DNA from: an uncultured Desulfobacterales bacterium
GTDB lineage: Bacteria; Desulfobacterota; Desulfobacteria; Desulfobacterales; JAHEIW01
Length of the DNA: 64,000 nucleotides
Assembly: GCA_947259495.1 (NCBI GenBank)
Contig: CAMYLV010000002.1
Coordinates: forward strand, 229,698 to 293,697
Direction of reading: 5' to 3'
A program made the translations under genes and the position numbers. How positions within the stretch are numbered: position 1 is the stretch's first letter; each line of letters begins with the position of its first letter. Shown here piece after piece: positions 1 through 8,706 of the stretch. A model generated the notes under the pieces. It ran no database searches. It saw only the letters and a program-made list of their open reading frames with translations, and was not told the DNA's origin.

Positions 1-823
1 CACCGAACTCACCGTTTTTGACCATCCGTACGAGCATCAGCGGCGGATAGAAGCGTGGATCATCTGATGCTTTAAACATTTCCAGGGCGACCCTTAAAAT
101 CGTGGGGGTGCTGGCAAAGTCATATAATTTAAAGGCGCCCTGGGGATGCCCCAGGCAGGTGGTCAACCCCACATCGCCGTCTTCAACCTGGATTTTGCCG
201 GATTCAAGCAGACGGATGGCGTCCAGCATTTGCGGAAATAAAAGCCGGTTGACCCAGAAGCCCGGTATGTTCGGTGCCAGAAAGGGGGCTTTTTTCATAT
301 CCAGCAATGCTTTGCGGGTAAATTCCAGGGTTTCGGCGGATGTTTTGACACCCGGCACAACCTCGACACCGGGCATCAAGGGGACCGGATTCATACCATG
401 GGTCACAATCGAACGCTCGGGCCGGCCGCCGGCTTCAGCCAGCACATCGATATTCAGGCTGCTGGTGTTTGACCAGAAAATCACCTTTGGCGGGAGCTGG
501 GGCAATATTTCGGCCAGCACCGCACATTTGAGTTCCATATCCTCGAAAATGATCTCGAAAAATATATCGCACCTTTGGGCGGCCTCAATAAAATCTTGCT
601 TTTTGGCGTGGGTAGTGATTTTTTTGATGGCTTTCTGAGCATAGCCAGGCTGATCAAAATTAAATTTTTTGGCCGCCTTGCCGGCGAGCTTCTCGCATAT
701 TCGAGCAACCGCCGCCCGCGAATCCGCATTGGCATCATAGGCGTGCACCACATGTCCACTGAGGACACATTGGGTGATCCAGCCGCAGCCCATCACACCG
801 GTTCCCATGACTGCAAATTTCAT
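1..823 (-). CDS. 3-hydroxyacyl-CoA (3-hydroxybutyryl-CoA) dehydrogenase, runs off the window edge; absent from the ORF track
   Basis: Manual translation from ATG at 823 (RBS AAGGAG): MKFAVMGTGVMGCGW (GxGxxG), EDMELK, SNTSSL, HGMNPVPLMPGVEVV, PGFWVNR, LGHPQG; these are 3-hydroxyacyl-CoA dehydrogenase motifs. No stop before base 1. Confidence 0.85.
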   Translation of the reverse strand, partial: MKFAVMGTGVMGCGWITQCVLSGHVVHAYDANADSRAAVARICEKLAGKAAKKFNFDQPGYAQKAIKKITTHAKKQDFIEAAQRCDIFFEIIFEDMELKCAVLAEILPQLPPKVIFWSNTSSLNIDVLAEAGGRPERSIVTHGMNPVPLMPGVEVVPGVKTSAETLEFTRKALLDMKKAPFLAPNIPGFWVNRLLFPQMLDAIRLLESGKIQVEDGDVGLTTCLGHPQGAFKLYDFASTPTILRVALEMFKASDDPRFYPPLMLVRMVKNGEFG

Positions 824-868
824 ATCAATTCTCCTTATTCGACAATGGTCGGGATCAATTGGCCCCAT

Positions 869-969
869 TATAGTGGTTGTCAAAAAAACGTTCCATTATT
901 CAAACGTTTTTTTCTACAACACTTATACCCCAATTCCGCAAACCGGAATTTTATTATGAAAACGGTATA
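869..969. repeat. ~102-bp dispersed double-hairpin element, copy 1 (MITE/REP-like)
   Basis: TATAGTGGTTGTCAAAAAAACGTT...AACGTTTTTTTCTACAACACT-TATACC...CGGTATA; aligns by eye with 7527-7629 and 32575-32676. Confidence 0.85.
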
Positions 970-977
970 ACGCGTTT

Positions 978-1613
978 TTACCGTTCATTTATGGGTTTTT
1001 GATCGTTTTTAATTTCACCCTGCTGGGCGGCACGGCGGATGCGTTGCAACGCCGTAATATTTGCCAAAATCGCTACCAGCCAAATAGCCAGTTTCAATAT
1101 CACCGGGTGAATTAAGGCGCCCAGCCCCAATAAAACAAGGCGTTCTGCGCGTTGCATTAAACCTGCTTGGGCTTCAAATCCGAGGCTTTCGGCCCGGGCT
1201 CTCGAATAGCTGACCATTATTGAGCCGCATAAAGCCATGAATGCAGCCACTGCAGTCGGATATGCATTGTTTGTGACAAAATATGCAACAATGCCGAAAA
1301 ACATGATAAATTCCGAATATCGATCAATGGCTGAATCAAACAAAGCGCCAAATCGGGTAGCTTTACCGGTCGAGCGGGCCAGTTTGCCATCGATGCTGTC
1401 AAACAAACCGCCCGCTAAGATTAACAGGCCACCTGTGCGCAGGTGGCCCATCATAAACGCGGCGGCCGCCATAGACGTAATAATCAATCCGGCCACGGTA
1501 AAACTGTTAGGATGAAATCCCCTGTTTGCCAGAATCTTAACAAGTGGGGACAATAAATTCAAAAAGGCGTTTTGTAAACTTTCCGGAAGGAGACGTTGCA
1601 TCGTGGGTGCCAT
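978..1613 (-). CDS. CDP-alcohol phosphatidyltransferase (phosphatidylinositol-phosphate synthase-like)
   Basis: HPNSFT; signature DSIDGKLARSTG...FGALFDSAIDR; SYSRARAESLG; GLMQRAER; hydrophobic helices. Confidence 0.85.
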   Translation of the reverse strand: MAPTMQRLLPESLQNAFLNLLSPLVKILANRGFHPNSFTVAGLIITSMAAAAFMMGHLRTGGLLILAGGLFDSIDGKLARSTGKATRFGALFDSAIDRYSEFIMFFGIVAYFVTNNAYPTAVAAFMALCGSIMVSYSRARAESLGFEAQAGLMQRAERLVLLGLGALIHPVILKLAIWLVAILANITALQRIRRAAQQGEIKNDQKPINER

Positions 1614-1624
1614 TTGACTACCTT

Positions 1625-2506
1625 TCAGAACGGATGTTCTTTCGGATCATCAAGACTAAGATCGTCTTTTTTAATATAATTTCCCTCGATTTGCCGGGCA
1701 GCCAGTTTTGCTGCATATTTACAGGCATGCGCAATCGATTGGCGCTTGAATAAATGCGCAACCACATATGCGGCCAGGAAAATGTCGCCGGCACCGGTCG
1801 AATCGCCCCTGAATGTTACTGTAGCGGCTGCATACGAAATTGCTTCTGCGGTGGGTTCCTTGACGAAGCCGCCGCCAGCGCCCGCTGTAACGATGAACTC
1901 GCGGATTTTAAATCGCCGCATTAAAGCCGCCAGGTCTGTTTGAAAATAATTGAGCATGACCGTGTATTCATGGTTGTTTGCTTTAACGATTTGTGAAACG
2001 CTGAGGGCATCGCTCAAGTGCTGTGAAACCGCCGGATACACATTTTCGTTTGCGACTCTTCTGACCAGGCCCTGGATATCCAGGATGACATCCAACTCCA
2101 GCTCCTTTAAGGATTTTATGGCGCCAAGGACTATATCTTCCGGGTGCAGCGGTCCCAGGTGCACAAAACGGACATCTTTTACATGATCCAATATCTGTCT
2201 GCGGCTGATGGGGGCGGCGCGCTGCGGATTTTTCTGCCTACGGTTGCCGGTGCGAATATCGTTTATGAAATGGGTTGTCTGTCGGGTCTGGCCGTTGTAA
2301 ACTAAAATTCTCTGTTTGCGTAAGCGGTCAATAATTTGCGGGTTGCGGTCTGCAATGTTGGTGATCGCCAATGTTTTGATACCATGCCGGCTGTAAGTAG
2401 TGCCTGAATATAGGGTAACGCCGCCGGCTTTAAGCCAGCTGCGATTCCGATAAATGATCTTATCGATCGTCGTCGAGCCGATAACAGCGATACCTTTTTC
2501 CATCAT
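1625..2506 (-). CDS. PfkB/ribokinase-family kinase, myo-inositol kinase-like
   Basis: IGSTTID, GGVTLY, VHLGPL, DIQGLVR and the anion-hole motif DSTGAGDIF. Confidence 0.75.
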   Translation of the reverse strand: MMEKGIAVIGSTTIDKIIYRNRSWLKAGGVTLYSGTTYSRHGIKTLAITNIADRNPQIIDRLRKQRILVYNGQTRQTTHFINDIRTGNRRQKNPQRAAPISRRQILDHVKDVRFVHLGPLHPEDIVLGAIKSLKELELDVILDIQGLVRRVANENVYPAVSQHLSDALSVSQIVKANNHEYTVMLNYFQTDLAALMRRFKIREFIVTAGAGGGFVKEPTAEAISYAAATVTFRGDSTGAGDIFLAAYVVAHLFKRQSIAHACKYAAKLAARQIEGNYIKKDDLSLDDPKEHPF

Positions 2507-2754
2507 GTCGGGCCCTTGTTTGTGCGCTCCCGCGGTTTAGCGGTCCAGCTGACCATCGAGAATGCGCTGCAGCTGATGGTGCTCGGCGCTCGCCTTCTGC
2601 AACAAACTATATGCGATCAACGCTGCTTTTTCAAATGGAAACCGCATTTTTGTCGATAGAACGCCGACTGCCCCGGGGCAGGGCACAAAGCGCTTTAAAA
2701 CCATCCCCGGATTTGATAAGTTGAGCAACCGCAGTGTGAGAGCGGCCATCCAAA

Positions 2755-3777
2755 ATGAAACCCGAGCTTGCCGACATACTCAATCAACCACTTGCCGTAG
2801 GCAACGCTTCCATCGCAAAGCGACTGGTGATGGCCCCCATGGCGTTTTTGGGCAATATTGCCTTTCGCGAGCTGGTGCAGCAATTTGGTGGCTATGGCCT
2901 GTTGTTTACCGAGATGTGCAGTGCGAAAAGAATACCGCAGGAAAACCGTTACCGATCGACCTATTTCAGGTGGCGGGATGCGGAGCTTTCTCAATTGGTC
3001 TGCCAAATTCTTGGTGCCGATCCGCTAACCATGGCGCTTGCCGCCCGGCGTATTGAAGCCGAACAGTTTTTCGGCGTTGACATTAATTTCGGGTGTTCCA
3101 AAGTGTCCATTTGCCGGCAAAATTGCGGTGCGGCAATTTTGAATACACCGGACCTGGCCGCCAAAATCGTGTCTGAAGTTCGTAAGGCGATTTCCATACC
3201 CCTCTTTGTCAAGTACCGTATCGGCTGGCAAGATGATCCCCGCACAGCAGTTGATATGGCCCGACGTTTCGAAGACGCAGGCGCGGATGCTTTGACCTTC
3301 CACCCGAGGGTTGCGCCGGACCGTCGCTCGCGGCCGGCCAAATGGGAATACATCGGCAAGGTCAAACAGGCGGTGGCCATTCCGGTGTTTGGTAATGGTG
3401 ATGTATTTGATCAAGCCGATTGCCTGAAGATGCTGATGACCACCGGGTGTGACGGAGTGGCCATCGGCCGGATGGCAATCGCCAGACCCTGGTTGTTTGC
3501 AGAGTGGACGGAGGGGTATCGCTGCGGTTCGGAAATTTATTTAGACAGTGCGTTGCGGCTGGCCGGACTTCTGGAGGCGCATTTTGAAGCGCCCAGAGCA
3601 TTGCGGCGCTTTAAAAAATTTGGCTTCTATTTTTCCGCCAGCTTTAAATTCGGTCATACGCTTTGCAGCGCAATCCAGAAGGCTGAAACGATGACCGAAG
3701 CGAAAGAATTTCTGCATCAATTTTTTGAGCGCCCGCTGGAGACTGTCTCCCGACCGAACTTGAATTTTTTCAGCTAA
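2755..3777 (+). CDS. tRNA-dihydrouridine synthase family protein
   Basis: LVMAPM, TEM, DINFGC, HPR, GNGDV and GR motifs of the Dus family. Confidence 0.9.
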   Translation: MKPELADILNQPLAVGNASIAKRLVMAPMAFLGNIAFRELVQQFGGYGLLFTEMCSAKRIPQENRYRSTYFRWRDAELSQLVCQILGADPLTMALAARRIEAEQFFGVDINFGCSKVSICRQNCGAAILNTPDLAAKIVSEVRKAISIPLFVKYRIGWQDDPRTAVDMARRFEDAGADALTFHPRVAPDRRSRPAKWEYIGKVKQAVAIPVFGNGDVFDQADCLKMLMTTGCDGVAIGRMAIARPWLFAEWTEGYRCGSEIYLDSALRLAGLLEAHFEAPRALRRFKKFGFYFSASFKFGHTLCSAIQKAETMTEAKEFLHQFFERPLETVSRPNLNFFS

Positions 3778-3811
3778 TGTTGCTACCTTGATGAGACGGC
3801 ACAAAAAAAAC

Positions 3812-3890
3812 CACGAAAGCACGCAAGAATGGAAACACGAAATAAGCAAAATGATAAAATTTCGTGTTTTTTAGGTTTCGTGTTTTCGTG
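3812..3890. repeat. Inverted CACGAAA/TTTCGTG repeat array between convergent genes
   Basis: CACGAAAGCACGCAA...AAACACGAAA ... TTTCGTGTTT...TTTCGTGTTTTCGTG. Confidence 0.75.
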
Positions 3891-3937
3891 ATATCATTAT
3901 TCGTTTTACCCAGAAAAGCGAAATAAAATAGCAACTT

Positions 3938-5101
3938 TTAATGTTCTTTAGCGGTGGCCTTTTGACCCTTTTTGCGGCGATAATCGGACATTTCACGCAC
4001 ATTGCTCGGGAACTTTTTAATAAAATTCTCCAGCATCTGATAGGCTTCATCGTCTGTGAACTGACGCGGTGGGTGTTTGCAGAAATAGGCCGATGGTGCT
4101 TCCAGTACGCCGCCTTCACCGCGCTCAAGGGCCAGTTTTGCGCAACGCAGTGAATCAATGGCTACCCCGGCAGAGTTGGGCGAATCCTCCACTGAAAGCC
4201 TGAGTTCCAGGTTCATGGGGACATTACCGAAAAGTTTGCCTTCCATGCGGATAAAGCAAATTTTGTTGTCTTTTTGCCAGGGCACGTAATCACTGGGGCC
4301 AATGTGGATGTTTTCATTTTCCAACCGCCGGGCAGCAACCGACTGAACGGCTTCGGTTTTCGATTTCTTCTTGGATTTTAACCGATGGCGGTTGAGCATA
4401 TTGAGAAAATCCGTGTTTCCGCCTGTATTTAACTGATAGGTCCTTTCCATCTTGACACCGCGTTTACTAAACAGATCGGTTAAAACGCGGTGGGTGATGG
4501 TCGCCCCCAGCTGGGATTTAATGTCGTCTCCGATCAACGGCACATTTTTTTCCGCAAATCGTCTGGCCCATTCGGGATCACTGGCAATAAAAACCGGGAT
4601 GTTATTGACCAGCGCCACTCCGGCCTGCAGGGCACATTCCGCGTAAAAACGAGCGGCTTTCTCTGAGCCGACCGGCATGTAATTCAAAAGAATTTCAGCC
4701 CCGGATTTTTTCAGTATCGCGACAACCTCTTCAAGAGATGGCTCCGGTAGATCTGCCGGTAAAAAGGTATACCGGTCTTCATATTCTTTCATATGATCCG
4801 CGATGCCGTCCAAGATGCGGCCCATTTGGACGACAACCCCGGAGGCGGGCAAGTGGTCGCAGAACATCTTGGTGCAGTTGGGGTCAGAAAATATGGCGGA
4901 ATTCACATCTTGGCCGACTTTGCGTTTGTCGATATCAAAAGCAGCCACAACTTCGATGTCAGCGGGCGTGTAGCCTCCGATTTCCCAGTGCATCAGGCCA
5001 ATGGCATCTTGGGGGCTTTTATCACGATAATAATAGATACCCTGCACAAGGGAACTGGCGCAGTTTCCCAACCCGGCTATCGCAATTTTAATCTTACGCA
5101 T
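3938..5101 (-). CDS. ino1: myo-inositol-1-phosphate synthase
   Basis: GLGNCASSLVQG, GDDIKSQLGATITHR, YQLNTGGNTDFLNM, SKKKSKT, HIGPSDYV, DSPNSAG. Confidence 0.95.
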   Translation of the reverse strand: MRKIKIAIAGLGNCASSLVQGIYYYRDKSPQDAIGLMHWEIGGYTPADIEVVAAFDIDKRKVGQDVNSAIFSDPNCTKMFCDHLPASGVVVQMGRILDGIADHMKEYEDRYTFLPADLPEPSLEEVVAILKKSGAEILLNYMPVGSEKAARFYAECALQAGVALVNNIPVFIASDPEWARRFAEKNVPLIGDDIKSQLGATITHRVLTDLFSKRGVKMERTYQLNTGGNTDFLNMLNRHRLKSKKKSKTEAVQSVAARRLENENIHIGPSDYVPWQKDNKICFIRMEGKLFGNVPMNLELRLSVEDSPNSAGVAIDSLRCAKLALERGEGGVLEAPSAYFCKHPPRQFTDDEAYQMLENFIKKFPSNVREMSDYRRKKGQKATAKEH

Positions 5102-5407
5102 ATATGGTAGCCCTCCTTTCGATCCCAGGCACCCTTTTTGTCTAAACGTATTGACGCAAAATTGGTCTTATATATGATTGATGAGCGGACTTCCTTTCAC
5201 TTCTTAGGATGCGGCTGGCGCCCTCCTCAATGCATCTCAAATGAAATCAGTGCTCATCCCGAGGCTCAGTGTTGTATGGTTAGTCGCCTTTGGTTATGCA
5301 GTAAATTAAGCATTAAGTTATTAATTTCAATAAAGGTTTTTTAACGCATGCATTGCATATAAGCTGTTTATCTGTCAAGGGGCGGAGGCACATTTTAATT
5401 TACAGTT

Positions 5408-7270
5408 TTATTTCACAGGTACGGCCAGGCTCAAATACTTATTTTTTTCTGTAAACATCAGTTTCTTGTCCACCATCATCTTTAAAAACCTTACAATTGA
5501 GTCATCTGGTATATCCGTAAATGTCGAGCAGATGGACTTAATCGGGCGGTGTCTCTGGCAAAATAGATAGATTTGTCTGGAAACGCCCACCAGGCGGTGA
5601 ACGGTAGGCTCAGCCCGAAATCGCCGCTGGCGGATGATGATAAAATCTCTTCCGTCCCGTAAGCTTAAAATCGGCGCATCACCCGGATCCCTTTGAATTT
5701 CCGCGTACTGGTGTTGCCAATCAGAGATCTTTTTTTTCACCGGCTTCCAGATTTTTCTCTGAAATGTCAGATCTCCACGATAGGCCTGGATTAAAAACGG
5801 CAATGATCGATAAATCTTATCAGGGAACAGATAGGACCAGTTGGGGTGATTAAACACAACCTGGATCCCAAATTTTTTAGGCTGCTGCCACACGGGGCTT
5901 TCCAACCCCAGCCAGAAGCTAACCGCTTTGAGCGGATAAAACGGCAGGGCAAATTCGAGGGCGCGCAATGTTTCTGCCACATCCTGCTCATTACTTCCCG
6001 GAAACTGCAGGATTAGATTTGAGATGTTGCGAATGCCAAGCGCCTCACAATTTTTCATAATTTCAAGATTCTGGATGGCGGTGGTACCCTTGTGCAGCTT
6101 CTTCAAGAGATTGCTGCTGAGAGCTTCTATGCCGATCTGGACTTCCCGCATTCCGCAAGCTCGCATGGCTGTTAATTCCCTCAAAGGTGTCGCCGCTCTG
6201 ACCTCACCGAAAAGACGCAAATCTTTATTGAGCTTGGCAATTTGCGTAAATATGTCAATGGCATCTTTTTGGGGCAAGACATTATCCATCATTGCCACTG
6301 AAAGGGTTTGGTGTCGATTCGTCAAATGGTCGATTTCAGCAACCACCTGGGCCGCAGTCTTGCTGCGGTAACCGTCCCACTGGAGGTTGAGGTTGCAGAA
6401 CGCACAACCCGTCACCTGAGCGGATCCGACCGCGCGTTTCCACCAGCACCCCCTTGACGTTTCTACGGGCAGGGTCGGGAAGAAGCGCTTGCGGGGCTCA
6501 AATGTTTTGAGCAGGTTAAAATAATCATCGTAATCCGGTGCCGGGAGTTCATCCAATGCCTTCAGTTGCGCAAAAACTGCTCTGGCAGGCCGCATTGAGT
6601 CCGTCTGTCGTGTGAAAAGCCCCTGAATGGTTGATTCATCCGGATCAGGCGGTGTTCGCCTAAGATTTTGAATTATTTTGTATAAAGGCAATTCACCTTC
6701 ACCAGCCACAACCGCATTTATGTCCGGGAATGTTTTCAGTATATCCGGTGCGGCAATTCCCGGGGTTAAGGCGCCGCCAACAACGACCATCAGCTCAGGA
6801 AAATCCTTTTTGAGGCGTTTGATAACATAAAGCGCGGATGTCAGCTGACACAGTGAGATGCTAAAACCCAGCAGCCCATAGGCTTGCCAATTCTGGCTGC
6901 GAATAAACGCGTCCGTCACCTTTTTAATCCGGCGGGTTAAGGTTTTGAATTCGACATTCCGCAATTTTGCCTTTCCGCTCGATTCTTTGCGAAAAAGCGC
7001 TTCGGCCTGCTGACTGCGCCCGGGATACAGCAGGGCGGCATAGATACTTTCCGCCAGCCAGGTCCGCTCTGAAATTTCGTGGTAGATGCGATAACCGATG
7101 GTTTCCGCCAATTGCAGATAAAAATGAAAAGTGTCAATCTGAAGCTCGGGCATACGGGCGTCTAAAAATGCTTTTAACGTTCCCAGCTGAATGGAAGGAC
7201 GGCTATAAAGGGGCCATGGGGTGGAAATCAGTGCGATTTTATTTAAAGTTCGTATCGATTTGTTTTGCAT
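5408..7270 (-). CDS. B12-binding radical SAM protein (RiPP-maturation C-methyltransferase-like family)
   Basis: N-terminal PW..YSRPSIQLGTLK, B12-binding domain (VVGG, GEGE), ETSRGCWW...CAFCNLN with extended Cys spacing, VQIGIEALS. Confidence 0.8.
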   Translation of the reverse strand: MQNKSIRTLNKIALISTPWPLYSRPSIQLGTLKAFLDARMPELQIDTFHFYLQLAETIGYRIYHEISERTWLAESIYAALLYPGRSQQAEALFRKESSGKAKLRNVEFKTLTRRIKKVTDAFIRSQNWQAYGLLGFSISLCQLTSALYVIKRLKKDFPELMVVVGGALTPGIAAPDILKTFPDINAVVAGEGELPLYKIIQNLRRTPPDPDESTIQGLFTRQTDSMRPARAVFAQLKALDELPAPDYDDYFNLLKTFEPRKRFFPTLPVETSRGCWWKRAVGSAQVTGCAFCNLNLQWDGYRSKTAAQVVAEIDHLTNRHQTLSVAMMDNVLPQKDAIDIFTQIAKLNKDLRLFGEVRAATPLRELTAMRACGMREVQIGIEALSSNLLKKLHKGTTAIQNLEIMKNCEALGIRNISNLILQFPGSNEQDVAETLRALEFALPFYPLKAVSFWLGLESPVWQQPKKFGIQVVFNHPNWSYLFPDKIYRSLPFLIQAYRGDLTFQRKIWKPVKKKISDWQHQYAEIQRDPGDAPILSLRDGRDFIIIRQRRFRAEPTVHRLVGVSRQIYLFCQRHRPIKSICSTFTDIPDDSIVRFLKMMVDKKLMFTEKNKYLSLAVPVK

Positions 7271-7526
7271 TTGTAGTCGGGTCTTGATGGTCGGTGTTCA
7301 AATGCCCGCCTGTTTTGACAAAGGTGTCGTTGACCCCGGATTGAATTTATTTTATACATACAGCCTGGGAGCTGAATTTGACAATGTTTTTTGTTGATCA
7401 TGACTTGAAGGAGCGGGCGAAATCCCGCAGGTTGTGATACAACGCATCCGGGTGAATCTAATACAATCCCAAAACGGGGCCGCATAAACCGGCACCACTG
7501 TCGGGGTTAAATCTTAAAACCCGTAT

Positions 7527-7629
7527 TATAGGGATTGTCAAAAAAACGTTCCGGTATTAGAACGTTTTTTTCTACACCCCCTTATGCCGCACTTCCTTAA
7601 TGCGGAACATTATTGTGGAAAGCGGTATA
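7527..7629. repeat. ~102-bp dispersed double-hairpin element, copy 2
   Basis: TATAGGGATTGTCAAAAAAACGTTC...GAACGTTTTTTTCTACACCCCT-TATGCCGC...GCGGTATA. Confidence 0.85.
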
Positions 7630-7663
7630 AAGCCGTTGCCAATCGCAGCAGAAAAGAATACCG

Positions 7664-8605
7664 ATGTGCAAAAAACCGGACCTAAGAGTGACCCTCGGCG
7701 ATATGGAGCTTCAGAATCCGGTGCTTACCGCATCCGGCACTTTCGGCTATGCGCGGGAATTTGAGGGGCTTGTCGACCTGAATCGTCTGGGGGCCATCAT
7801 TGTAAAAGGGCTTGCCTTGCGGCCAACCAAAGGCAACCCCCCGCCGCGGATTGTTGAAACCCCCTGTGGTATGCTCAACGCCATTGGTTTGGAAAATGTG
7901 GGCATTGACGCCTTCACGGACCAGAAGCTTCCGTTTTTAAAAACCCTTGCACCGCCGATCTTTGCAAATATCTACGGTACTTGCATTGAGGATTATGCTG
8001 AACTGGCAGCGCGCCTGGAAGCGCTGGAAGGCATTGCCGGTGTGGAGATCAACATTTCATGCCCCAACGTAAAAGCGGGGGGAATTGCCTTTGGTGCCGA
8101 TGCCGATGCCGCCTATCAAGTGGTCAAGGCCGTGCGCGCGAAAACCCGTAAACATCTGATCGTAAAATTATCACCCAACGTGACCGATATTGCCCGCATT
8201 GCCCGATCGGCAGAGGCGGCAGGTGCGGATTCGCTTTCTCTGATCAATACCATTACCGGCATGGCCATCGATCTTGAAACCCGGCGGCCGAAGATTGCCA
8301 ATATCACCGGGGGGCTGTCGGGTCCGGCGATCAAACCGGTTGCCTTGCGAATGGTCTGGCAGGTAGTTCAGGCCACCCAAATACCGGTAATCGGTATCGG
8401 GGGTATCATGACAGCAGACGATGCCCTCGAGTTTTTAGTCGCCGGAGCATCGGCAGTCCAAATTGGCACCGCCAATTTTATTAACCCGCAGGTGACCACC
8501 GATATCATTGACGGTATCGAACTGTTTTTGGCGCAAAGAAAAATTGCCAAATTAGCCGATCTTATCGGGACGCTGGAGACAAAACCGTCTGGTCCACTGG
8601 AGTAA
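7664..8605 (+). CDS. pyrD: Dihydroorotate dehydrogenase, family 1B catalytic subunit
   Basis: ASGTFG, GNPPPRI, NAIGLENVG, EINISCPN, KLSPNVTDI, GGLSGPAIKP. Confidence 0.95.
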   Translation: MCKKPDLRVTLGDMELQNPVLTASGTFGYAREFEGLVDLNRLGAIIVKGLALRPTKGNPPPRIVETPCGMLNAIGLENVGIDAFTDQKLPFLKTLAPPIFANIYGTCIEDYAELAARLEALEGIAGVEINISCPNVKAGGIAFGADADAAYQVVKAVRAKTRKHLIVKLSPNVTDIARIARSAEAAGADSLSLINTITGMAIDLETRRPKIANITGGLSGPAIKPVALRMVWQVVQATQIPVIGIGGIMTADDALEFLVAGASAVQIGTANFINPQVTTDIIDGIELFLAQRKIAKLADLIGTLETKPSGPLE

Positions 8606-8705
8606 TGGCGTGCTGGCGTGGCGGTGTAATGGAGCAATGGAAATCTGTGCAGTCCAATCAGGTTTTCACCAATACTCCAGCACTCCAGTACTCCAATACT
8701 CCAGC
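8598..8705. repeat. Inverted 8-nt tandem repeat array (TGGAGTAA / CCAATACT type) between convergent pyrD and leuA
   Basis: TGGAGTAA TGGCGTGC TGGCGTGG CGGTGTAA TGGAGCAA TGGA ... CCAATACT CCAGCACT CCAGTACT CCAATACT CCAGC. Confidence 0.85.
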
Positions 8706-8706
8706 C

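Noticed and set aside
575-970. ORFs 575..970 and 32539..32862 as a protein family (shared GCQKNV..FKRFF peptide)
   Set aside because: The similarity comes only from the ~102-bp DNA repeat; one ORF is antisense to the dehydrogenase and the other overlaps the tRNA
7400-7510. FMN, cobalamin or ZTP riboswitch
   Set aside because: Only isolated words match (GGGCGAAATCCC, CCACTGT, CCGACAGT); order and spacing do not fit these families, so it is kept only as an unassigned candidate
8598-8705. CRISPR array
   Set aside because: Units are 8 nt, tandem and inverted, with no unique spacers and no cas genes
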